A stretch of DNA of 64,000 nt from Selaginella moellendorffii. Its lineage: Eukaryota > Plantae > Lycopodiophyta. A model generated the notes under the pieces. It was given only the letters and a program-made list of their open reading frames with translations. It made no database searches and was not told the origin of the DNA. Of this stretch, positions 50,452-63,637 are shown piece after piece. Both the position numbers and the translations under genes were made by a program. Location: positions 248,001 to 312,000 of the forward strand of contig NW_003314397.1 in the NCBI RefSeq assembly GCF_000143415.4, read 5' to 3'. Every line of letters begins with the position of its first letter. Positions within the stretch are counted from its first letter, which is position 1.

Positions 50452-53052
50452 ATTGAGCTCTAAAGTCTCAGTGACTTGCAGTGGTGTTCGGAAAAGCTTG
50501 ACACCCTGCTTCCAGCACCAGCTGCCGCCTAAAAAATGACTAGTCAGGAACAAACTCGTTGAGATGAGATCTTACTCACTTGGATTTACATGTCCCGTTG
50601 AAAGTACCAAATCTTTGTTCTCGGGATCCATCACCCAGTCCATCCACAGGACAACTCCATGGCAAAGTCCACTCTTTACAAAGGTAACCTGTGCTAAATG
50701 CCGAAAACGGTCAGTGGTGCCATGCCACCTAAAATGACTAACCTTTGCAAATACACTTAGACTGTGAATTTCCTCACGCATGTTGAACTCGAGCAGTGGA
50801 AACGGTTTTGTCAATGACTGACCACAACACAAAATTCGAGTTAAGCCCCTTGTTTCACGTAAAAAATACAAACCTCATGTCGTCCACATTGCCATATTGA
50901 AAATGGTAAAATTGGACTGTCTTGGCCATCTGGAAGGTTTCCACATGCTCCAAGCATTGAATTAACTGAGCTGTGGTCAAACCCTTCAACGCCTTCAAGG
51001 CAACAACGGCTTTGCCACAAATCCTGTTTTTACAAAAAGTGAAATCCTTTTGACGTCTCAAAAAAACTTACAGGAAGATAACAAGCCATCCCATAGAGAA
51101 TTCCAAGGCAAGGAACTATAATAGGATTCTCTGATAGCAACGGACTTAGCGTCGTTCTCTCGTACCTGGAATCTCACTGCTTTAAACGACTTCCAACTCA
51201 TAAGAAAACGAAAACTAACCAAAACCGCAGCTGCTTCCACGGCAACGCATGCTCGTACGTGGCATAATAAGGCTCTGCTAAAAGAACATCCACCTGTTGC
51301 GAAAAGAAAGAAACCCGTCAATATCCAATGGACTTGCAAGACTGTATACTTTATGTCCCTTGAAATCGTCCCTGGTGAGATGCTTGACATCTTTGTGTAT
51401 TATAGACAACTTGCTCGCGACGCTCGCCAAGTACTTCAAGCCATCTCTTCTACAGCCTGGGAACAACCCAGCCACATGGCAGGATCCATGTACTGTAGAT
51501 AGAGCACACACGGCGCTCATCAGACCGTCATCCAGAATGAGACAGTTTCCAACTTCTCGCTCTCCAAGCTGGACATAAAAGAAAAAAGAAAAAAATGAGC
51601 AAGAACAGATTCAAAGGGAACTTACTTACAGCTTTCTGAATGGCAGAACGTATGATAGAACGCCTGCTACCGTCCCCAAGCATGCAACACCTTTGTGGGC
51701 TCAGCTTGAAACCAGACGCAAAACTATTGCAGCGTCCACCACCATTGATGTCATACCGCACTGAGGTTTCATCGTGGCTGACTACGAGGCAAAGCTCTGA
51801 GTGCTGCTCCACCGAAATACCTTGTCCAGGAAGAAACCAGACACATTGTTTCCAATGGTCACACCAATCACTTGCTCCTGAGAATTACCCTCTTAGAAGG
51901 AGCTACTAAAAGAATCAAACAGGAAAACAAACCTTTGACCCAACGAGGAGCAGTTGAGTAGCAAATCAAGCCATCTTTGTCAAGCTGCAGCACCCACCTT
52001 GTCAAGTTCAATCAGAGAGGAAAGCGAAAGCGAATCTGAGCAAGTTTCGTACCATGAAACTATTGCGTGAGCAGTCCCAGACATGTTGACATGCACGGCT
52101 CGAGTAAATTGTCCACACACATCTGGAGCTCTATAAAAGTCAAGAGTGAAAGCTTCAAACGGCTCAGAAAGCTGCAACACCACGGGTTTTTGGTAACTTG
52201 TAAGAGAACTCTACTAAATTACCAGCTTGATACCGGGGATTTCATCTACGTGAAACGCATGTTGTCTGTGCTTGAAATAAGAGTAGAAATCCTCGGGAGA
52301 AAAAGCCATTCCGTCCTGCAGCTGAGCTTCTACTCCTTGAAGGTCGTGAAATCTCCACAGAAAGTCGCACTCGACCAGCTAAGAAAAAGTTGTAAACTCC
52401 ATCGATTGGAAAAGAGACTTTACAATACCTGCGCATACACAGTAGCTCGATATGGCACTGTTGCAGCATTAGGCTGGAGTAAATGCTTGTGAGCGTGCCT
52501 CAAGCTTGGAATTATTCCTTCTCCAAGCAACTCCGAGTCTAAAATCTCACACACCTGGAGAGATACTTAGTAGAAGAGTCCAGCGGAAGAAGAACGTACC
52601 AATGCATCGGCTCTGCTGGAGATGTCCACCCCGACTTTGATCTCATCCGAGCGCATATGGAGCAGCTTGATCGCTCCCATCGTCCCATTGTCTCGGCAAA
52701 CTTTGCGAGCCAGCTTGTACATTGGAAGAAACGATTCGCAAGCAGTCACCTGGCACTGCTTTTCCATTGCCCGCCAAGCCATCATCGACAAGAGCCCACT
52801 CCCAGCACTGCCAAGAATGCATCTATCTAGCTCAGCAAAGAAGGATCTCTAACCTTACCCAATGTCAAGGACATGGCCGTGGCGGCCGAGCTTCGCGATT
52901 GCGGAAGAGAATGCCGTGTTCCTGGCACGATCATTCAGCATATCAAGGTACAAGCTCTCCGCCAAAGCATCGCTCGCATCGCCATCGTCTCCATCGCTGA
53001 CGAGAATCCATTCGCTCTCGCCCGTGAGCGCATTCACGCGCTGCTGGAGCAT
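50401..53052 (-). CDS. PRMT7: Protein arginine methyltransferase 7 (tandem PRMT modules)
   Basis: QQRVNALTGESEW, YLDMLNDRARN, VLDIG|AGSGLLSMMA, CEILDSELLGEG, DHWKQCVWF, second module AEPYY, HGVVLWMDW, WKQGVKL. Stop at 50401-50403. Confidence 0.93.
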
Positions 53053-53060
53053 TCCCTCGC

Positions 53061-53072
53061 TAAAACCCTAAA
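53061..53072. promoter_or_regulatory. Telo-box in the 37-bp gap between the PRMT7 and PPR start codons
   Basis: AAACCCTAA at 53063-53071. Confidence 0.6.
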
Positions 53073-53089
53073 CTCAAGATAGTAAATGA

Positions 53090-55063
53090 ATGAATCACTA
53101 CAAAACTAGGAGGCAGGAGTGCTTGGAGTTCATCCAAAGCTCTGCAACTCCCTCTCAAGCGCTCCAAGCTCACTCCAGGATCCAATCCATCCTCAAAGAT
53201 CCGAGCAACGACATCTTCCTTTGCAACAAGCTGATCGAGATGTATGGGAGGTGTTCTAGTGTCTCTAATGCCCGCCGCGTCTTTGACTCGCTCCACAGGA
53301 AAGATTCCTTCTCCTGGGATCTCCTGCTCATTGCCTACGTGCGGAACGGGCTTTTGGAGGAAGCCCAGAGAATCTTTGCGACAATGCCTCACAAGAGCGT
53401 CATTCCTTGGAATGTGCTCTTGGCTGGATATGCCCGAACTGGGCATATGAAAGAGTGTGTGGAGATGTTCGAGGGAATGCCCGCTAGAAACGAGGTGACG
53501 TACACAACGATGATCAGCATGTATGCCCAGAGTGGAGAGGTAGAGTCTGCGATTGAGATCTTTGAGAAAATGCCAGAGAGAGACATTGTTTCGTGGAATG
53601 CCATGATCAGTGCATGCTCTGAGAATGGACGCCTGGATCTCTCCCAGCAGCTGTTTGGCAGCATTCCTTTGCGGAATGTGGCGACGTGGAATGGGATGCT
53701 CGCAGCATATGCCCGAGCCGGTCGTCTAGAGGAATCTGCAAACTTCCTTGAAGAGATGCCAGAAAGGAACCTGGTTTCATGGACAACAATCATGGCACTG
53801 TATGCCCAAGAAGGGTATTTACAGGAATCTGAGCTTATCTTTCTGGAGGCCCCTCAGATCGACATCGTGTGCTGGAATGTAATGCTTGTTGCACATGCCC
53901 AAAACAAGCAAGGGCATCGTTGTTTGGAGATTTTCGACAGCATGCCTGAATGGGATCTTGTGTCGTGGAATGCCCTGATTTATGGTTTGGGCGAGGCAGG
54001 CAATACAGTCGGGTCACAAGAGATGTTTAGAAAGATGTCACAGCGCAACCTTGCCTCGTATAATGCCATTTTAGCAGTATATGCCCAGTCACGGCATCTT
54101 GAAGAAGCTAAAGAGATTTTCAAAGACATGCCATATCACAACGTCTTATCGTCCAACACAATGATTGCTGCATTCTCAGAAAGCGGCCTGGTTGAATCTG
54201 CCATGCTTGTGTTTACCAAAATGGCTTTCAGGGACATTGTATCCTGGAACTCAATGCTTGCGGCATATGCCTGCCACAATTGCATAGAGGAGTCTACGTG
54301 CTTGTTTGAAGAGATGCCACAGCGCGACCTCGTCTCGTGGACCACAATGCTACTCTTGAAAAGCAAGAGCGGGGTGTATGAAATGGTGGAGATGGAGCAA
54401 CACTTCAACTCCATGCCAGAGCAGGATCTGCTGTCATGGAACACAATGCTTTCAGCATACTCTCATCATGGGCATCTGGCCAAGGCCATTAGGATGTTTG
54501 TAAGTGTCCCCCAACACGAATCAGCTACATGGAATACCCTGTTGACAGCATATGCCGTGAATGGGCATTTGGACAGAGCTTTGAAGCTGCTGGCCCAGAT
54601 TCCCGAGCCTGACCTGATTTCATATGCTGCGATGCTGGCAGCCCTAGCTCATGCGGGTAGATCACTTGAGGCATTGGAACTGTTTGATTCGCTCAAGATG
54701 CTCCACCTCCCCGACTTGACGTGCTTTGTTTTGGGTCTTGTGGCGTGCAGCCATACTGGAAACGTGAGGCGAGGAAGGCAGTGCTTTGCTTCAGTTGTAG
54801 CAGACTATGGCATGGAGCCAAGCAAGCAGCACTATAGATGCTTTGTGGATCTGTTGGGCCGGTCAGGACACCTGAACGAGGCAGAAGAGCTCATTGCAAA
54901 CATGCCATACTTTCCAGATGTTTTGGAGTGGACTAGCTTGCTTGGGGCGTGCAAAAGCCATAGAGTCTTACAGAATGGTGGACGTGCAGCAAATATGGTA
55001 TTGAGTATGAATCCAAACGAGGGAGGAGCATACGTATTGCTGTCTACACTTGTCAACCGGTAA
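53090..55063 (+). CDS. PLS-class PPR protein dominated by 31-aa SS repeats, with E domain and no DYW, intronless, 657 aa
   Basis: Repeated F..MPERDLVSWN.M motifs, HYRCFVDLLGRSG, WTSLLGAC. Ends AYVLLSTLVNR. Confidence 0.95.
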   Translation: MNHYKTRRQECLEFIQSSATPSQALQAHSRIQSILKDPSNDIFLCNKLIEMYGRCSSVSNARRVFDSLHRKDSFSWDLLLIAYVRNGLLEEAQRIFATMPHKSVIPWNVLLAGYARTGHMKECVEMFEGMPARNEVTYTTMISMYAQSGEVESAIEIFEKMPERDIVSWNAMISACSENGRLDLSQQLFGSIPLRNVATWNGMLAAYARAGRLEESANFLEEMPERNLVSWTTIMALYAQEGYLQESELIFLEAPQIDIVCWNVMLVAHAQNKQGHRCLEIFDSMPEWDLVSWNALIYGLGEAGNTVGSQEMFRKMSQRNLASYNAILAVYAQSRHLEEAKEIFKDMPYHNVLSSNTMIAAFSESGLVESAMLVFTKMAFRDIVSWNSMLAAYACHNCIEESTCLFEEMPQRDLVSWTTMLLLKSKSGVYEMVEMEQHFNSMPEQDLLSWNTMLSAYSHHGHLAKAIRMFVSVPQHESATWNTLLTAYAVNGHLDRALKLLAQIPEPDLISYAAMLAALAHAGRSLEALELFDSLKMLHLPDLTCFVLGLVACSHTGNVRRGRQCFASVVADYGMEPSKQHYRCFVDLLGRSGHLNEAEELIANMPYFPDVLEWTSLLGACKSHRVLQNGGRAANMVLSMNPNEGGAYVLLSTLVNR

Positions 55064-55108
55064 AAGAAGCCCATATGTACATAGTTAATCATCGTACAGG
55101 TAGTGTCT

Positions 55109-58100
55109 CTAGCTAGCGGTGGCGGCGGCGGTGGCCGTGGTAGCAGTGGGCGATAGCTCCGCCGCCGCCTCCATGTAACCCAGTAGCTTCTCCAGCCGCT
55201 GCGCTACGTCGCAGTGGTAAGGCAGCGGTCGGCGGCGGTGGAGATACATGGGACTGATGGTCAGCCATGACAGGCCATAAAACTCGGCTCCAAGTTGCTC
55301 TAGAACGTAGCGGATTTGCTGCTTGATGCCGCTGCTGCTCCCTTGCTTTCCTGTGCTGGCACTGCTCCCGCTAGTGTTGCTGCTACTACCGGCGTTGTCA
55401 CACAAGCCATTCCCACCCAGACGCATTCCTTGCGTCTCCTGCCGAGCCTTGGAGGAGCCAAAGTGTGCTACGAGACCGATCTGGAGCGTGCTCGGCCATT
55501 CCTCCTCCATGGAAACTTGAGCAACCTCGGCTCGTAGAGCTGTGGTCGGGCCGGAGATGACATAGCCGGATGCAACGGGAGAGACGGAGCCTCTGCTCTG
55601 GATCCACTGTCCAAATGCCGGGACGTTGACTTTGTTGCTAGCCACCGAGTCTGACGAGGAGAGCGAGCGTAAACCGTGAGCGGGAATGAAGAGGTAAGCC
55701 CCGTTAAGAGAAGCGATTGTTTTTGCCATGCCAAAACCGGAGGCTAGTCCACTCGAGCTGGCTACGGACCATGTCGAAGCTGCTGGAATGAAAACTTCAG
55801 TCAGCGAATAGTTGGATACGAAGGAAATTCCAGCTTACCAGCAGATTCGGCGAGGCTCAGCACCTGCAATGATTCGTCACCAGACACCGTTGCCAAGGTC
55901 ACACCGGCAAGCTTCCCAGCATGGAAGTTGATCTCCGGCTTTGGGAGTAAGCCGCGCGAAACAAAAGACGACGACGAACCTGGAGACGATGGAAATCCCA
56001 CGACTGCGCTCACATTTCTCTGCTGGGACAAAGAGCTAGCATCACCGCCGCTGTCCGGACGAATCACCACGGGCCATACTCTGGATTCATCTCCCGCGAT
56101 GTTCATAAACACGCGTTGCCATTCTGGAGCATGGTCGAGGATCAGTTAGCTTGATAAGAAAAAGTATAACTTGATCATACCTTGGTACTCGGTTTCATAC
56201 AGATCACCCATACGGGTGACGGTAACTGTGTGGCCCCTGTTGCCTGCCGTTCGAGACATGGTTGCCAAGAGCTGCTGACCCTGTTGCATTACCTGACTAA
56301 AGAGCTGACAGAGTTCTTTGGAGCAGTCATCCTTATCCTGCGTGCACCGGGGACTAGGAAATACGTTCACGTCCAGCATCTTCCCTTGGGAATCTATCCA
56401 GACGGCGATCAGCCACAGCCAGTTGCTCGTCCACGAATAACAGCAGTGAAAAGAGAGTGGCTGGCTGCTAGTCCTGGAGACCCCGTCCGCTACACTGCCA
56501 GTGTCTGGTATCCCAAAACTCTGTGTCGAAACCTCTTCTGTTCTGGCTTTGGTCAGTTGTCCCATAGAGTGGTCCAATATACAACCATCCGCGAGAATAA
56601 ACAGAGGCTCGTATAAGAGTCGGAATGGTGCTGGCGGACCGGAAGCAGACGTTTCCAATAGCCTGGAAGAAGACCATGACTTGTCCCAGCGTAAGTTTCC
56701 AGTGTCCAGTAATGAGACATTCCGACAGTCTTTCCATGTCATCGCAGTATTGCTCTGCAAACCCATACGGGATTTAGATGCAAAGCCATATTGTTGCGTA
56801 TCTTCAGCAGCTTTGTATGGTATACGACGCAGCTTGTTGTATACTGCAAATGATAGCTCCTTCAGGATGTCAAGCCCGGCTGCAGGCGAGCTACTCAACC
56901 TTATCACCGTTTCGGGAGTTACCACTTGCAAGGCTAGCCTTCCGATAGAAAATCCGGCAACTGGTTGCTTTCCATCCTCCATTGAATTTTTCCCTGAAGC
57001 CTTTTTGATGTTTAAGTTCGGTCCAATGCTCTGACAGGTCTCCATCAGCGTTTGCAAAACCATGGAGGGCTCCGACGAAGGACTTACAACGTAAAGAACC
57101 TGCACTTGTGTGTTAGAAAATACATACAACGTGGCCATCGCATACCGTGCTGGGGCTGTTTTCATGATCAGCCTCCAGGGATACAGAATTGCCGAGGTTG
57201 AGGGATTTGCACGCTTTTCGAAGAGACTTTCGAAATTCGGAGACATCCCAGCCATTATCCATAGCCGTTATGTAGTCGTTTGCCAGATTAATAGATGAGG
57301 AACTTCCTTTAAGCTTGGAAGGAAAATCTACTGGAACGAATCCAGGTAGCAAGCGTTTGCTGACAGTTTGTGCCGTGACATTTGCTGGAATGTGTGCTCC
57401 AAGCTTGCATGCTTCATAAACTGCACAAATAAAAAAAATAAAAAATGAGGGGAATCCCAACAATGGTGGCATTGAAGACTTACCACTACTGAGTTGCTGA
57501 AAAAACTCAAGTGCGGAACACAGCAAAGGATCCAAACCAGCGCAAATAACGTAGTATGTAACCTTCGAAAACGAGTCAGTGAATTTGGAAGACTTAGCAA
57601 ATGAAAAGTAAGCCTTACAGATTTCGGGTAGCCATACGGTTCGAAAGGAGCTTTTTCCCAGTACCGCAGAGACCTTGGAGCCGTTCTTAACCAATCTTCT
57701 TGATATCTGAGACGAAGACACTATTTAGGACAGCAATGAAATGGCAAAAGAGAGAAATACCCGACGAGAAGAGTAGGCACTGGAAGCATCGCGTATGATA
57801 ATGCTTGACTTTCAGCATCATCAACACACAACCTTCTCTGAGCAGCATCCTCAGCCTCTCGACCACTCCTACGAAATTCCGGAGCATGATTATCCAGATC
57901 CTGCAAAGACACTACCTTCGCCGATTGCGGAGGCGTAATAGGCTCGCCGGTTATACTGCTGACAAGGTCCTTAGAGTCAGATGGTCCTGAATGATTGTCT
58001 GTCGGAGTCTTACCCCGACACCACTCAGCCAAGCTCAACGGACCAGCCGCATTGATATCACTAAACGCAACACCCACAGCCTGACGCATATCTGACTGAA

Positions 58101-61100
58101 GAATGCTTGCTACTGTAGCAGGAGAAATCTGCACACCACCACCGCAGAAAGCTTGGTATTGAATGAAGAAAAAAAAAAACAGACACTCACCTCGGTGATA
58201 GAAGGATCACACACATCACTTGTCCAGCTCAGATCCTGTTGACTTAGCTTCTGCTGTAAAGTCAGCCAAGCTAATGCACCATCTCCATGCTCCCCATTCA
58301 GAGATATGTCATTGCAACAAGCTGCTTGTTGAACTAAAAGCGGTATCAAGTCGACGATGTCCTGCATGGCCGCGTCGCTTATTTCAGACGGAGTGCCAAC
58401 CTCTGGAGATGCTATATTGGAAACCGCTCCGCGGCCACCATCCGGAGGCCTTTGCTGCGGCTTTGGTAAACCAACTGGACGCCATACGCCAACCTCAACT
58501 GGCCGAGGCCCATCGTGAGATAAGTCATCCGTATCTCCAGCAATTCTTTCAGGAACTTTCTTCCGATCAGGCTTGCGTCGTAAGCTGTCACAGGCATCTG
58601 ACGAGTCCGTTATTTCAGAAGTGCATTCCTTATGAGACGACTCTGTAAGCTTGGCATGTTCGTTAGGATGAGCACAGTACGCGAATCCTTTGACGCTGTG
58701 GAGTTGAAGTTGAAACATTGCACATTCCAACTCCGTTGCAAGTGTAGCAGCCAGTGGCCCTTGTATTCGATGGGAGTTACCAGTCTTCGCAACCAGAGTA
58801 TTGTCCGTAGGCGATGTTTCACCATACTTTAAGTTGCCGAAATTGTTAACTGCTACATTTTTCCGTTCTTCAAACTCGGTCCGCCATCTAGAGTGCGCTT
58901 TACGTTCGTACGAGTCTAGCTTTGGCGTCGGTGGAGGAGTCGCTCCATAAACATAGCTTGCGGACTGAGAAGCTGAAGTTTCCTTTCTTGCATCTGGTTT
59001 GTATGCAGGTTTTCTGTCCAGCTTGTCCAGACCAGTAATATCGATAGGAGCATACTCGGAAGCAAATATCAAGGCCGCTTCGGACTTGGCCACTAGAGAA
59101 AGACCGGCAGGAACGAGAACAGGCGGTGAAGATTCTGGTTCGCACTTCTCATCGACGACTGTGCCTGTATCCTGTTCCTTTTCCAAATCTTCCGCTTGAC
59201 CCAATACCTCAAGCATAGGAAAATCCAGTATCGGTAGTCGCATTGGATCTGAAGTCTCAATAAACTGTGTTCCCGGAGTATTCGACCCATCACCGTCAAA
59301 CGGGAACATGTATGATTGGGATTCCATCGTCCCTGGAGGCTACACAGCCACGAAGTGCGCGTCAGGCAAAAATCTGGTCGAAAGAAGAAGCAGCATACCT
59401 CACCGAAACCAAGCCCGTCACCTTCAAAGAAATCTCCAAAATCTCCGAACTCCGCAAAAAAGTCTGCATCACTTTGGATGTTAACCTGATCGGTCCAGTC
59501 CCAGGGTGTCCCCGCCTGACTTGGTGCACCTTTCGTGGACTCGGCATTATTTGCTGCTGACGATGAAATCTCAGGGCTAGTTCTTCTTGCAGATTTAGAA
59601 CTATTGTGCATATCATTTCCGTGTTCTCTCCCGCGCTTTGATCCCTGAAAAGCAGCGCAAGAGATAGATAAGTCGGCAGTAGCAGCAGCTTACCGGCAGA
59701 CGCTTATTATCGCCATCTGGGGTGCGTCCTGACGAAGATATCATCGTCCCATTTGGTCCAGCCAAAGTAGCGGCGGAATCTGCATCTTCCCTGTAGTCGC
59801 CATCATCATTCACATCACTTTCACTGCCCGAGCTGCCCCTACTGTCACTACTTTTGATACTGCTACCACCGCTACCGCTGCTAGTGCTGCTTTTGCTGCC
59901 ATTGCTATTCAGCTTCCAAATAGTATTAGCTTTACCCATAGCCTGTAATCTATGTCTGCACAAGATAAACATTGAGCTGCATGTCCTTAGGAGATACAAA
60001 GAGCCTTACCCTGCCAGATTTGTAAGCGGTAGAAATTTTCTTACGGAAAAGGCGTCCTCAAGCCAATGCGTTCCGGCCTGCTTTCGAAGCCAGCACCTGC
60101 CGATAATTTAAATCAATATACTTTGCGCGGGCGCCACCTCGTAAGCATACCTTTTGAGGTAAGTTCGAGCAGAGATCGGAGGCACGGTCGGAACAACCAC
60201 AGCTTCCGGCGGGAAAATGAAAACCTTTTCAATCCACTGGTTCTGATCCGTCTTGGGCTGAGACTTGCCTTTGGCTAGCTGGAACCTCATGCGAACTTCG
60301 ACATACCAGCTTCGAGAGGCAAATCCTCCATTCCTCGGAGTGACTGAACTTTTGATGCTAGAGTCCTTCAGAGGTCCAGACTTGCTGCAATGGCAACAGT
60401 ATTTCGAGCACTGGCTCTATCAGCCTGCATAGCAGCAAGTCCATTGTCTGCAATCTATATTCCCAGCAATGTTCTATGAATGACAATGCACAAGCATGCA
60501 GCTACTCGTTTTTACCTTTGGGATATTTGTCGAACCAGATCTCCAGGGCAGCATCCAGTGAGCCATCCCGTCAGACCATAGGGTGCAACAACGACTACAT
60601 AAACACAAAATAAAAGGAAAAAGAACATGAGACAATCCGATCGCTTTTTGTTGCATACCAGCAGGATTCTCTATCGATGGTGTAGAAGAGGTCAGATGCT
60701 GCGTAAGTACAGCTCGAACATCTGACGCTGCCAAAGGCCTCATTCGTCTGCATCGATAACACCAAGTTAGAGCATCCCATGCGGTACAGACGAAGCCTAA
60801 CCTTCTGGAAATGCGCAAGTGGAGAAACACGCCTTCTTCACTCGCAAAAAACGTAGCTTCACAAGACGGAAGTGTTCGTCTGCCAAGTAGTTTGGATTCA
60901 TAAGAGCAGAGAGACGCGACCAAACCGAACCCCACCTGAAGTCTGAATCATCTGCGGTGTATCTCTTGCACTTGACAAACATATCACCGAAACGAACGTA
61001 AGCAAAAGCACCCAGCGCCCTGCTCAGGGAATACAAATGCATAAGCTAAGGCCAGAGCTACAAAAATTACTACTTCACCTTTCAAAGCGATTGCGAAGGG

Positions 61101-61673
61101 CTTGGCATAAGGCTGCTGTCACTTCCGTCGACGTCCCGGGACAGGTCCACACTCCGGATTTTAAAACTGCCAAAAGAAAAGCAAAGTGGCATAAGTTCGA
61201 GCAGTAGCAAGACAAGAGCGGAGTTGGCAAAACCTTTCAAATCCAGAGACGGCCTGCTGTCAATGTGACGCCCGGGTAAAAAGAGCCACAGTTTGAGCTT
61301 TTGGCCTGCAGCAAAAGACACAGAAAGAAACTCAGTAAATGGATCCAAGCCTCGAGTTTCACTGGCCTTTGTCTTGTGACGAATAAGTCCATGAACTAAG
61401 TCGTCCTTCATTCTGGAGCTCAATGTGTGCTGCGAGGAGCTGCTTAGCGAGCTTATCTTCGCTGCATTCTTGATTCTTCCTGCTCGCGAGGAAAGCGTTA
61501 CACTAGGCTACATTCCTGTTTGTCTAATCACTCTTACCTCTGGGAATCGTCCGCAACGAGCTGAAACCACGAGACTTCTTGCAACCCGCCCTGTAAAACC
61601 GGCATTCATCAGCAACGACAGCTCCAACCGCGACAGCAGCGCTTACAATTCGGAAGACATTGGTGAACATCAT
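55109..61673 (-). CDS. MED13: Mediator kinase-module subunit MED13, multi-exon
   Basis: MMFTNVFRI first exon, KLWLFLPGRH, YVRFGDMF, FIFPPEAVVVP, FGDFGDFFE, PVPTLLVGY, YNKLRRIP, YEPLFILA, HCCYSWT, LSWLTISP...LPYHC. Confidence 0.92.
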
Positions 61674-61727
61674 CGTCGCGGGGCTGCTGTGGCGCCTTGG
61701 CCAGCGCCACTGCCAGTGCCACGCGCT

Positions 61728-61741
61728 AACCCTAACCCTAG
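61728..61741. promoter_or_regulatory. Double telo-box-like motif upstream of MED13
   Basis: AACCCTAACCCTAG. Confidence 0.5.
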
Positions 61742-62574
61742 AGTGATGGACACGTGTGCGGCGAGGATTTGCTTCCACTCTAGTTTAAAAGATTTTTTCA
61801 ACAAGATAACTATGTCCCAGATGACGATGGCCATTCGTAAGCAGCAGTAGCTGCAGTGGTGCCTTGGATGAAGTTCAGATTGCTCAGCTACAGAATCAGG
61901 CAATGCAAGAAGCCGCAGATCTGCTCTCCAGAGGGGTGAAGCATGGTTTGCGGACAAATCAAAAGTTCGTGGGGTTTTCATTGTTGGCAATGGTGTCGGT
62001 GATTTGACATATACTTCGAGTTTTATCCATTGGATAAAATCAGGTATGCCCTTTGCAGCTTCTGCGACGAGTGCTGGGAGTGATATGGACCAGATTGCAT
62101 CCGAAGCAGATGTCTGGAACAGAATTGTGGTGCAGTTGTGCAGTGATGACCTGGTTTCAGAGAGCCTTGGACCGCCCTAGAAGGTGCAATGGGCCTGGTG
62201 ATGTTTCCCTGATCTCTCACCAACACAGCTTAGTTCAAACTCTTTGCTAGTGAGTGGCAGCCTCATGACACGAAACAAATGTGTGCACGTGATTCAACTT
62301 CATAGTGCAGACACAGGATCTCACCCCTGAGATACTCTAGACATTAATTGAAACACATTTGCTTTTAAAACAAAAGAACCCACATCCACAATCAATCTAC
62401 AAAAACGAATATAAACACACTCCAATCCAATCACACTCTAAGAAACACTATTAAATACAGAAGCCTTGAACCCATTGCTTCCTGCTCTTATCCTTATATT
62501 CTTGGGATCTTGGAATCCCCTGCATGCTCTGTAATTGCACCTTCATTTTGATCGTTCACGAGTTTGTGCGGTAC

Positions 62575-63311
62575 AGCCTCTTATGTGGAAAGCCAGACAC
62601 CTGGGTGTATGTTGGCCGTTTTAGAAGCCACAGACTGGAGCCTCCGAAGTGACATGCAAGTGTCTTGTGACTTTCTGCTGGGGGTGCCTCGACTAGCCGC
62701 AGCCTTCGGTCTCGTGCGAGCTCGCGGCCAAGTGGAACGCCAAGAACAAGTCCGAGAGTGGCAACGTTGCATGGCTGGTTGGCAAGTGCAGCCGGCCCAT
62801 AGAGAAGAACAGGCTTGACATGATGTTGTTTCTTCTAAAAGGAACAAAGCCTTTGTGCCGCTCCATGCAAGCACCAGTTTTGCTGGATCTGTCTTGAAGC
62901 ATGGCGCTTCCGGCTGGTGGAGGACGATTCTGTGGCAAAAGACAGGCGCAAGGCCCGAATGGACGTGAAGCGATACGAGCACTTCTTTGCGAGGTTCGAG
63001 GCGGGCCAAGTCCATGGACAAGGTGCAGAGCGACTTGAGCACGGTCATTCCAGACCAAGCTGAACAAGGACGGTGACACCTATATCGAGCTCAACTTCAT
63101 ACTCGATGCGTGGAAGATGAGTGTCCGGTGCCGCAGGGTCATGAAGTGGAGCTTCGTGTATGAATACTACTTGTGTGCTTGTGATCATCAAGACAACTCG
63201 TACAAGGTCAGCCTGTACAATTACCTCCAAGATGCCGCTGCGGCCTTGAGACAGGCTTCACATTGCGCCGAGAACGAGTGCAAGGATGCGAGGAGAGGAT
63301 CGGCTTTATAA
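62575..63311 (+). pseudogene. ARIADNE (RBR E3 ligase) pseudogene fragment, apparently intronless
   Basis: SYVE..PGC, VTCKCLVTFCWGCLD*(TAG 62694)...KWNAKNKSESGN...KCSRPIEKN, PCKHQFCWICL, LNFILDAW...CRRVMKWSFVYEYYL...YLQ...HCAE. Contains stops, frameshifts and deletions. Confidence 0.85.
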
Positions 63312-63637
63312 GCTCGTCACACTGACAAAGCGCACCCAACAGTTTATGGCCAGCTCTCTAGAAGCCGGGCTTGACGTTGATGTTGCTTCTAAAAGGAATG
63401 AGGCCGAACAAAGCACTAAGCCGGCCAAACGTAATGCTGAATTGACATAGATGGTCCGACTGTCTTCTATCCGAGTTGGTATAGAATGAGGAAGACCTAC
63501 TCTTCTTCTTGAGAAACGGATGGAGGTGCAAGAATTGCAAGCTTATCAATCCTATCTCGAAGTCCAAGTGTGATGTCTGCCTTGCCTAGAGATATTCAAA
63601 GTGATTATATCATTGAAAAATAGCTATACTCGCCCTC

